Assembly (NCBI GenBank): GCA_963674735.2 | Contig: CAXXQS010000001.1 | Span: 768,001-832,000 of the forward strand | Source: Myxococcota bacterium | GTDB taxonomy: Bacteria; Myxococcota_A; SURF-8 | DNA: 64,000 nucleotides | Direction: 5' to 3' | Part shown: piece after piece, positions 19,858 through 28,168 of the stretch | How positions within the stretch are numbered: the first letter of the stretch is position 1 | How the letters are laid out: each line of letters opens with the position of its first letter | Translations under genes and position numbers: made by a program | The notes under the pieces: generated by a model | What the model saw: only the letters and a program-made list of their open reading frames with translations | The model's database searches: none | What the model was told of the DNA's origin: nothing

Positions 19858-20128
19858 ACTATGAAATTTAATTCGATCATTTATCGCGCTACTTTTCTGG
19901 GACGATAATTTCGCCGGAGGTATACGTTGAATACCAAATCAAGACGAAAGATAATGCAGTGCTCCCCGTTGTATGGACCACCTGATAAGTTAGAATCCGG
20001 GTTGCGAATGAGCCATGCGGCTCGACCGTTTGAATCGTAGCACAAATCACCTTTCCGATCATCCTTTTCGTGATACATTTATCGCACCCGTCCTGAGGAT
20101 AGGGCTCCGCTGGAGAACGACCCGAGCG

Positions 20129-20200
20129 GCGGGTGGTCGTGACAACCCCTGACCTTTGAATGACGAATGGGTGGCATGGGCTAAGCGCAGCTTGCCCATG
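20129..20200 (+). repeat. 72-bp inter-cassette repeat, copy 1 (ends in a GGTG-type REP palindrome)
   Basis: Ungapped alignment to 21104..21175. Confidence 0.85.
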
Positions 20201-20771
20201 TGCAGCCGAGGCAGATCGACGACGGCGAGGGCTACGGCGTCTACAACTGGCACCGCACGTACATCCCCGAGCTGGGCATCTACACCAGCCTCGACCCGCT
20301 GCTACAGGATCATGGGGCGCTCTACGGCTACGCCGGGGCGAATCCGATGTGGTTCGTGGATCCGGAGGGACTTTGCTATTGGGATGTGAATATTTCACTT
20401 GGAAAGTTGATTGGTGTCACAGGGGGAATTCAAATCGATCCGGAAACATGGGATATTTTTCCTTACTTAGGTGGATATGTTGGAACACCAGGCTGGTCTA
20501 TAACGCTGTCTCCAAACGATCCTGCACCAGCCGGGGTAGGTCGGGCAAATTTCTTGCCCGACACATGAATTGTCGGGCACAATGTGCCCGACCTACAGGG
20601 CTAATCGGTGCTGCATCAGGTGCACTTGCCGCTGCAACTGCTGGCGCAACAACAGCATTATCCGGCACAGTAGCTGCTACGAGCACTGTGGCAGCCACAG
20701 CGCTCACAGATTACATAACAGTTCACGGAACTGATCCGAGTCAAGACCAACAAAATGTATGTGAATATTGA
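20200..20771 (+). pseudogene. Orphan Rhs core remnant plus toxin tip (cassette 2), broken at a REPIN
   Basis: Same Rhs core motif to DPEG (20233-20370); frame stops inside the REPIN; a Gly/Ala-rich tail ending NVCEY continues in another frame. Confidence 0.8.
20536..20596. repeat. 61-bp GTAG-type REPIN (inverted REP doublet)
   Basis: GTAGGTCGGGCA-AATTTCT-TGCCCGAC, short spacer, GTCGGGCA-CAATG-TGCCCGACCTAC. Confidence 0.85.
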
Positions 20772-21100
20772 TTCCATACTATGTTAATGGAGCATACATG
20801 ATTGTAATAGAAAGATTGCTTGTCTACTCTTCGTCCCTTTCCATTTCAATTCTTTGGGGAGGGATAATTCTTGATGAGTCAAATGATTCAATAATAACAT
20901 TAATAGTGTTGGCATGTTTATATTCAATGATTCTACTTCTCCCACTGATTGTATATTATAAAAGATATGAAATTAATTTTCTAGAACATAATAAACCTAG
21001 TAAAGGAATTGGTGCGACGATATTTGCGATTATAAGTTCCATTTTCTTTCTACTAATAAATATCTATATGTTATTTTATTACGTTGTGAAGACAGGGTAG
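20768..21100 (+). CDS. Putative membrane immunity protein for Rhs cassette 2
   Basis: Very low GC; three TM segments; overlaps the tip stop codon. Confidence 0.6.
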   Translation: MIPYYVNGAYMIVIERLLVYSSSLSISILWGGIILDESNDSIITLIVLACLYSMILLLPLIVYYKRYEINFLEHNKPSKGIGATIFAIISSIFFLLINIYMLFYYVVKTG

Positions 21101-21103
21101 CCA

Positions 21104-21175
21104 GCGGGTGGCCGTGACGACCCCTGATCATTGAAAACAGGATGGGTGGCATGGGCTAAGCGCAGCTTGCCTATG
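21104..21175 (+). repeat. 72-bp inter-cassette repeat, copy 2
   Basis: Ungapped alignment to 20129..20200. Confidence 0.85.
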
Positions 21176-21554
21176 GAAAGGGAGGATGACCTGGAATCGC
21201 GCGGGTTCGTGATCGCCGAGCGCACGGGACGTCCCGAGCAAGTCGTGACCAGCCAGGGCGATGTACTGTGGGAGGCCACGTATGACGCCTACGGCGCGGC
21301 CGAGGTGTCCGTTGCGACGCTCGGCATGCCCCTGCGCTATCCCGGGCAGGTCGACGACGGCGAGGGCTACGGCGTTTACAACTGGCACCGCACGTACATC
21401 CCCGAACTCGGCATCTACACCAGCCTCGACCCGCTCTTCCAGAACCCCGGCGCGCTCTACGGCTACGCTGGGGCGAATCCGATGTGGTTCGTGGATCCGG
21501 AGGGAAAAATTGCATGGTATCCGGCTGTTGCAACTGGATACGTTTTAGCAAGAG
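21176..21554 (+). pseudogene. Orphan Rhs core remnant (cassette 3), tip truncated by an IS
   Basis: TGRPEQVV...LWEATYDAYG...PLRYPGQ.DD...YNWHRTY...DPEG; IS end starts about 50 nt after DPEG. Confidence 0.85.
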
Positions 21555-22346
21555 TGTCCACCGTCAGCGAGTTTGAGACAGTTGGTTAGGGAGAATTAAG
21601 GGAGAGTTTGGGGTATGGGGAAGCGGTTGTTGGGGCGGCGCGGGAGTTTCCGGGACCGTAGGAATTATCCCGGACGCGACCTCAGACGTCCCGCCCCGAC
21701 GCTCGTTGCAGCGTCGGGACCGCTTCCACGATTGACCATCCGTTCCGGTCCGGGTACAACCTCTGAAGGAGGAGGACCCCATGGCCACCAATGTTGTCAA
21801 ACAGATCCGCCGAAACACCCGCCGCAAATTCAGTGCCGACGAGAAGATCCGCATTGTCGTCGAATCGCTGCGCGGCGAGATTTCCATCAGCGAGCTCTGC
21901 CGCCGGGAAGGCATCCAGCCCAGCCTGTTCTATCGCTGGTCCAAACAGTTTCTCGAAGCCGGCAAGAACGGGTTAACGCGTGAGACGAAACGTGATGCCT
22001 CGGACGACGAGGTGCGTGAGCTGAAATCGGAGAACGAGCAGCTCAAGATCTCCCTGGCCGAGGCGCATCTGGCTGTCTTTATATCGCAAGACAGCCAGAT
22101 GCGCCTCGGCCAGGGAGATCTTGAGCTGCTCGTTCTCCGATTTCAGCTCACGCACCTCGTCATCACTGGCGATCGCGCTTCGTCCTCGACGCGTGTCAGG
22201 CCATTTTTGCCGGCCTCCAGAAACTGTTTGGACCAGCGGTAGAACAGGCTGGGCTGGATGCCTTCTCTGCGGCAAAGCTCGGAAATCGGGATCTCGCCGC
22301 GCAAGCTCTCGACGACGATCTGTCCCAAACTCGCTGACGGTGGACA
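21555..22346. mobile_element. Two convergent truncated IS3-family copies (orfA only) joined in a palindrome
   Basis: 27-bp ends TGTCCACCGTCAGCGAGTTTG(A/G)GACAG inverted at both borders; orfA from 21781 RRKFSADEKIRIV.ESLRGE.SISELCRREGI; no orfB. Confidence 0.9.
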
Positions 22347-22529
22347 GTCATGATCCAGCCTGACTCTCCCTTAGAAATAAACCAACATTTGTCTCCCAAC
22401 AACTAGGGTGAATATCGGAGAAGGCCATTTGGCGCGGTTAAGCTTGACAGTACCCCACAGCCCCCTTATACCGGTAGAACAGGAGACTAAATATTGTCCA
22501 CAAGGAGCCTGACTTCACCATCGGAGAGG

Positions 22530-24271
22530 CTGCGCCTGCTATTCTATTATCTATTTTATCTATTTTACTTGCTTGCTTCTTTATTTCTTCTGTTGGCTGT
22601 GGCAACAATGCTGAACAGGGTACTGCCGATGGTGACTTGACTGAACAGGATACTGCCGATGGTGATCTGACTGAACAGGATACTGCCGATGGTGACTTGA
22701 TAGAGCAAGAGGTAGCCTACCAGCGTAATACCAGCCTTGCTCCGCCGCCAAAGCCTGCAGATAGCCTTGGCTACGAAACTAAAGCCCGAACGCCCAAAGG
22801 TACAAATCCTACACCTGAAGAAATCCACTGCCTTTACCAAAAAAGTAACCGGCTTTTATAAAGACACACAGTTCTGGGATTGGGTGTATCGTGGCAGCCA
22901 CGGGCTCGACAAAAGCTACGACTCCGAAATGTTCCATTATCGCCTGTGGTGGCAAAGCGTGGGCATGGTTAAACATGGCGATGTGGTGGAATTTAAGCAT
23001 CAGTACAAGGGCACATCGGAAAACATGACTGACCGAAGCGTGAAAGTGATGGTCAATGCCATTGCCCTGTATCTGCTAACCAACGATCAACGAATAGGTG
23101 AGATTGCTGCCGGTATGATGCGCGGTATTGTAGCCCAGTCTTAGGGTTAGAGCGCGAAATTGAAGATCCCCTGGTGAAATACCTGCAGGCTCGCTCAATA
23201 TTCAATCACAATCACGAATATGAGGTCGATGGCCGCAAGGTAGCCATCAACTACGACGGCGGAAAGGTGCTTGGTTCAAGGGGAACCTGCATGTATTCAA
23301 TATTCCCGACAACCCCACTTTCGGTGACATCTGGGTGGCAAACATGCGCTCAAAAGACGATGTCCCCCAAATGTACTATTCATTGGTCATGGCCACCCGA
23401 GCTTATTACGAAGCAAAAGACGCCTACGTGCGGGAAGCAGCAGAATTGCTCATTGAATATATGCGCGTTTTGCCCAGAGTATTGAAGACATGACTGGCAT
23501 ATTCTGACCAAAATACGAAGACGGCCTGCCCGCCGAAGCCCTCAATTATCTACTCACCACTTCTGAGGTTCACACCCTCCAGCAGACCTGGGTAGCTTTG
23601 TCCATTGGCGCGATATATGGGGCCTGATGCAGAATGCAACGGTCAGTTGGGTGCGGCCATGAGTGGCTACGGTTGGCCAGCAGACCGTAAAGACTGCGAA
23701 GGCGGCTGATTGGCTGGGACTTTGAACGTTTGGCCTTCGTCAGTCATTTCTTTAACTATGAAAACTATAATTACTTCCTATTGCTGCTCTTGCTGTTTCC
23801 GAACTTTGGGGCTACCACTATATTGCCAAAGCAATCAACGAAGGCTTAGTGTACCGCTTTGAAGAAATAATGTACAACCCGGCCATGCCCAATATCGACG
23901 ATCCCCGATGTGAGGCCAACACCGCCGCCTGGTTGCTCAACGCTGCCACTTTTGGCTATGGTTTTACCGCTGAAGAAGCCCATCACGTCATGAAATGGTA
24001 CGGTGATTCGGCCGCATGGTTCAAGGCATGGCCTCACTGGGATCCGTGGTCCTCAATGTCCGATGGCCAAGAGTTGGAATCGGATAAACCTGATCGCTGT
24101 GAGTGGATTCCCGGCCAAGGCGATGAACCGGCCACCCGTGGCACCTGTTACATAAACCTGTATGAGATGCCATACATATTTGAGTACTGCTATTCCCAAT
24201 GGAAAAATCCTAATGGTGTGCCCTTCATTGATTGCGACATTGTGGCCGACCCAAGCCAGTGGGGCGAATAG
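22530..24271 (+). pseudogene. Multiply frameshifted large lipoprotein gene with DGD repeats
   Basis: Lipobox SVGC then (EQDTADGDLT)x3; successive protein-like fragments in changing frames (22737-23144, 23174-, 23849-24271); lower GC; 5' boundary approximate. Confidence 0.7.
22611..22700 (+). repeat. 30-bp tandem repeat, three copies
   Basis: CTGAACAGG(G/A)TACTGCCGATGGTGA(CT/TC)TGA units at 22611, 22641 and 22671. Confidence 0.95.
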
Positions 24272-24375
24272 AGCAAAACAGAAAGAGCTTTTGCCATCAA
24301 TAGAGTTCGTTTCCTTCCAGTGATGCTAGCATATTGTCCACTTTCTCGGATGTAATCGCTTCCAGTGTGGCGACA

Positions 24376-24605
24376 GGCCATGGGGCCCTCCTGTTTGGAG
24401 TTGTACCCGGACCGGAACGGATGGTCAATCGTGGAAGCGGTCCCGATGCTGCAACGAGCTTCGGGGCGGGGCGTCTGAGGTCGCGTCCGGGATAAACCCT
24501 ACGGTCCCGGAAACTCCCGCGCCGCCCCATCAACCGCTTTCCCATACCCCAAACTCTCCCTTAATTCTCCCTAACCAACTGTTCCAAACTCGCTGCCGGT
24601 GAACG
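24376..24605 (-). mobile_element. Third copy of the IS3-family left end (IRL, leader, first two codons)
   Basis: Reverse complement closely matches 21555..21786. Confidence 0.9.
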
Positions 24606-24635
24606 CCGGAGCAAACAAGCTCGATGATTTGCTCA

Positions 24636-24664
24636 TTGACAATCCGGCGAGCGCCAAGTATTTT
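24636..24664 (+). promoter_or_regulatory. Putative sigma70 promoter of the metal-uptake operon
   Basis: TTGACA-N17-TATTTT upstream of RBS GGAGG and ATG 24695. Confidence 0.45.
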
Positions 24665-24694
24665 GTGGGCTATTGGAGGAGGGTTTTATACAGT

Positions 24695-25123
24695 ATGCAG
24701 AAGCGAAGCCTTGGCCACTCTAAAATGTCCACGTATTTAAGCGCCGCTGCCATGCTGGCGCTGGTGCTGCGGACGACGCTTCTGACGCTGCACTTCGTTT
24801 CTCTGCCGCATGCCATCGACCCGCATACCGGCCATTTCATTCACCTGCATGAACACGCCAGCGAAGAAACCTGCCAGCATGAAGATCCCGATGCGCGATC
24901 CGGGCCGAGCATCAAAGCAGATTCGCATTCCTGCTGCGACAGTGGCGTTCATGACTGCCCGTACAACCATTTCCTTCATCAGCCATCCAGCCAGAACCTG
25001 GGCCAGGCCGACACAGCCGGAATCCTGCCGCCGTCTGCGACGTCCGGCCTTCCGAATGGACGCTCCCCTTTCATACGTGATGATCTCCACCTCTTGGCCC
25101 CGATGAATTCACCTCCCGTGTAA
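24695..25123 (+). CDS. DUF2946-like His/Cys-rich leader protein
   Basis: Signal/TM segment, His cluster, CC...HDCPY, C-terminal LAPMNSPPV; first gene before a TonB-dependent receptor operon. Confidence 0.7.
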   Translation: MQKRSLGHSKMSTYLSAAAMLALVLRTTLLTLHFVSLPHAIDPHTGHFIHLHEHASEETCQHEDPDARSGPSIKADSHSCCDSGVHDCPYNHFLHQPSSQNLGQADTAGILPPSATSGLPNGRSPFIRDDLHLLAPMNSPPV

Positions 25124-25290
25124 TCATTCCTACGACAAGCAGTACTGCGGTCTTCCGATGACAACCGGGAGACCCTACGCATAATCGATGACGCGATCCG
25201 CGTATGTATCGAGTGCTTTCGCTTTCGTGAAGGCGAGTGCGCTCGGTGACGCGCGTACAGAATGACTACGATTGCACAACGGAGAAATCC

Positions 25291-26310
25291 ATGAATTCGA
25301 CCAAAGGTAGCTTGCTGTTTACCCTTTTGATTATTTTCGCCCTTTCGTTTTCCGCCTGTGGGGCTGATGATGGCGGTGAGGATGTGGACGGCGATGTGGA
25401 CGGCGATGTGGATGGCGACACCTGGGACGGCGTTTGCACCGATGAACGCGACGGCTGGGAGAAGTGTGAAAACAACCGCATCCAGTGGTGCCATGTCCTT
25501 GAAGGCATGGCACCGCATTTTCACGAAGGCTCAAACTGCGAAGCACTGGGCCTGACCTGCGTAGAACTCGCCCACGAGCACGATGGCCATACCCAATACG
25601 AAGCGTTCTGCGTGGACGAATCCATGACCTGCGAGGCCGGTGAATTTGCCTGCGTAGATAACACGGCGCAGAACTGCATCGACGGCGTCATGGCGCTGGA
25701 GCCCTGCGGTACGATGCATTGCCATGAGGAAGCCGACGAGGCGGTCTGCGAACAGGAAGGCGAAGAGGAATGCGGTGGTCACGGCCATCTGCACGATGGC
25801 GAATGCCATTGCGACGAGAATTACGACGTCGATCCCGACGATCCGACCAATTGCGTGGCGGTGCTTTCCTTCCCGGAGATGGCCTGTCAGACTTTCGCGG
25901 ATCACAAGGACGACATCCCGGCGGATCACCACCTCGATTCCACCGATACACGGCCCGGCCCGCACGCGCATCTGGACGAGGTGATGGAGGCGCTTCTACT
26001 AGCCGCCAACGCCTCGAACTACGTGCATTTCCCGGTGCTGGAAACCGGTGAGTACGTTCTGTTCCTGGATACGGTGGGTGTGGTTGCGACTTTTTACGAC
26101 AAGGACGGCGAGGAGGTTCCTTTCACCAATCCCGGCCCCAATGGGATGTGCTCGGACAGCCTGGTGGATCACTTCCACATCTCCGCCACCTACATCGGCG
26201 ACGGGGAAAACCCCGTACCGACCATCATCGAGTTCCAGGTGGAAGCGGATACCGAGGTGAAGTTCCTCATCATGTTTCATGAAGAAGACAAACACGAAGA
26301 CCACGAATAG
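25291..26310 (+). CDS. His/Cys-rich lipoprotein, putative metal-binding
   Basis: Lipobox FSAC; DVDGDVDGDVDGD; CGGHGHLHDGECHC; C-terminal HEEDKHEDHE. Confidence 0.8.
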   Translation: MNSTKGSLLFTLLIIFALSFSACGADDGGEDVDGDVDGDVDGDTWDGVCTDERDGWEKCENNRIQWCHVLEGMAPHFHEGSNCEALGLTCVELAHEHDGHTQYEAFCVDESMTCEAGEFACVDNTAQNCIDGVMALEPCGTMHCHEEADEAVCEQEGEEECGGHGHLHDGECHCDENYDVDPDDPTNCVAVLSFPEMACQTFADHKDDIPADHHLDSTDTRPGPHAHLDEVMEALLLAANASNYVHFPVLETGEYVLFLDTVGVVATFYDKDGEEVPFTNPGPNGMCSDSLVDHFHISATYIGDGENPVPTIIEFQVEADTEVKFLIMFHEEDKHEDHE

Positions 26311-26396
26311 ATCCTGCGTCCCGAGCGTCCGCGTGTCTTCGATTTCAGGGCATGCGGGCGTTTCGGGATGTTCAGTGTTGGATCAAGGAGGATGAG

Positions 26397-27224
26397 ATGT
26401 CCACGCGACAGCGAAAAATAAAAAGCAGGTCGCTGCTCATGCTGATGGCCCTGATGGCCTTTGGCTGCGGCGATAAAACCGCCGGAGAAGCGCTGAACTT
26501 CGATACGGCGGCACTGGGTGTGACGGAATCCGGTACACCCAACCAGGCTTTCACCAACAGCAAGGGCTGGCGCATCACGCTGGAGTCGGCGTCGCTGGCT
26601 GTTGGTCCTGTTTACTATTACAGTTCCGAGGCGCAGGCCGGCCTCCTCGACCGGCTGTTCACGATCAAAAGCGCCTATGCTTGCCCCGCTCACGCTCAGT
26701 ACGACAAAGGCATGGTCCTGGGCGAAATCCGGCAGCAGGTCGTGGTCGATCTGCTGGCCGAATCGCCGACGCCAACCGGTGTCAGCGAAGGAGAGAAAGG
26801 ACACTGTCAAATGTTTGAGTTGCACTTCCATCCACCCGGCGAGATTCCGGCCGCCTCGAACGATGCAGCCTTTGAACCGCTGGATGGGCATTCCTTTGCC
26901 ATTTCCGGCGTTGCCGAAAAAGACGGCGTGGAGATACCCTTTTCCAGTTACATGATCATCCCCGATGAAAGCACCATGCGTATTGTGGAGAGCATTCCCG
27001 CCGATCTTGTCTTGGATGGTCGCTCCGGTCTTGCAGTGACACGGATTCATATCGATCGGCAACTCGCCAACCTGGATTTCGCCTCCATCACAGATGAGTC
27101 GGGGGCGTGTCTGGAAGAAGCGGGAGAAGGCGCTTGCTTGATCGGGGAAGACAGCCAGGCCCATCTGGCATGGCTATACGGCGTGCGCTCGCGTGAATGC
27201 TACAGCCTTGAATGGCGGGAATAG
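26397..27224 (+). CDS. Lipoprotein associated with the TonB-dependent receptor
   Basis: RBS AGGAGG; lipobox AFGC; FTNSKGWRITL..A.LAVGP.Y and AYACPAH motifs. Confidence 0.8.
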   Translation: MSTRQRKIKSRSLLMLMALMAFGCGDKTAGEALNFDTAALGVTESGTPNQAFTNSKGWRITLESASLAVGPVYYYSSEAQAGLLDRLFTIKSAYACPAHAQYDKGMVLGEIRQQVVVDLLAESPTPTGVSEGEKGHCQMFELHFHPPGEIPAASNDAAFEPLDGHSFAISGVAEKDGVEIPFSSYMIIPDESTMRIVESIPADLVLDGRSGLAVTRIHIDRQLANLDFASITDESGACLEEAGEGACLIGEDSQAHLAWLYGVRSRECYSLEWRE

Positions 27225-27238
27225 GAAGGGGGACGATC

Positions 27239-28168
27239 ATGCGACACTACGAAACAAGATACGGTTTGGCGATAATCGCAGCGATCATTTTCCATCTTTT
27301 CATCATTGGCTGCACCAGCGAGGACGCCGCCGGAGAAGGCAGCCTGCGCTTGCAGGCCGGGGGCGGCAAAGCGCTTGAAACCGGGTTTCCCTACACGGAA
27401 GGCGGTGTGGAATACGCTTTCGTGGATGGCTGGTCGTTGCAGTTCACGCACTATGTCGTGGTCATCGGCGATGTCAAGTTGACCGATGGAGGATCGGTAG
27501 TCGGTTCGTGGGACGGCCCGGCCATTATCGACCTGAAGAAAGGCAGAGGTAACAACCATGATGTCGTGACCTTGGAGGGCTTACCCGCCAAACGGCTCGA
27601 CCTTCAGTTCCGCTTCTTCGCGGCAAGCGAACAGGCCGAGAACCGAAACGTCGATACGGCCATCGCCGAGGAGATGATCGAAAACGGTTATTCGTACTGG
27701 ATCGAAGGCGACGCCAGCCGGGATGGCGAGATCGTGCATTTTCTCTTGCGGCTGAAAACGCCCACCCTCTATACCGACTGCATCAACGGAAAAGACCAGA
27801 CCAAGGGCATCGCCATCGAAGCGAACAAGACCATTGGAGCGTTCATCTACGCCCATGGGCTGCATCTGTTCTGGGATACGCTCGCCGCCGGGGATGAATC
27901 CCTGCGTTTCGATGCCTTCGCCGCCGTAGCGGATGCCGATGGCGAGCCGGACACAGTGACGGAGAGCGAACTTGCGGTTCAGGATCTGACCGATCTGAGA
28001 GACGCCAACGGCGATCCCTTACGCGATGAAGACGGCTCCCGCGTTTTCTACAACAGCGGCACCGTGCTCCCGCAGGATAGTTTAACGCTTTTGTCCTTCG
28101 TTGAATACGCCGCGCGATACGGCGTGCACTTCAACGGCGTGGGCTTGTGTTTATCGGAGATTGAGTGA
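27239..28168 (+). CDS. Lipoprotein associated with the TonB-dependent receptor
   Basis: Lipobox IIGC; FVDGWSLQF; HGLHLFWD; C-terminal HFNGVGLC. Confidence 0.8.
   Translation: MRHYETRYGLAIIAAIIFHLFIIGCTSEDAAGEGSLRLQAGGGKALETGFPYTEGGVEYAFVDGWSLQFTHYVVVIGDVKLTDGGSVVGSWDGPAIIDLKKGRGNNHDVVTLEGLPAKRLDLQFRFFAASEQAENRNVDTAIAEEMIENGYSYWIEGDASRDGEIVHFLLRLKTPTLYTDCINGKDQTKGIAIEANKTIGAFIYAHGLHLFWDTLAAGDESLRFDAFAAVADADGEPDTVTESELAVQDLTDLRDANGDPLRDEDGSRVFYNSGTVLPQDSLTLLSFVEYAARYGVHFNGVGLCLSEIE

Noticed and set aside
19881-20078. 65-aa minus-strand ORF between the TIR gene and cassette 2
   Set aside because: No recognisable motif or clear RBS; may be a gene remnant but unsupported
22611-22700. 30-bp repeats as a possible CRISPR array
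   Set aside because: Contiguous with no spacers, in frame with a DGD linker, and no cas genes
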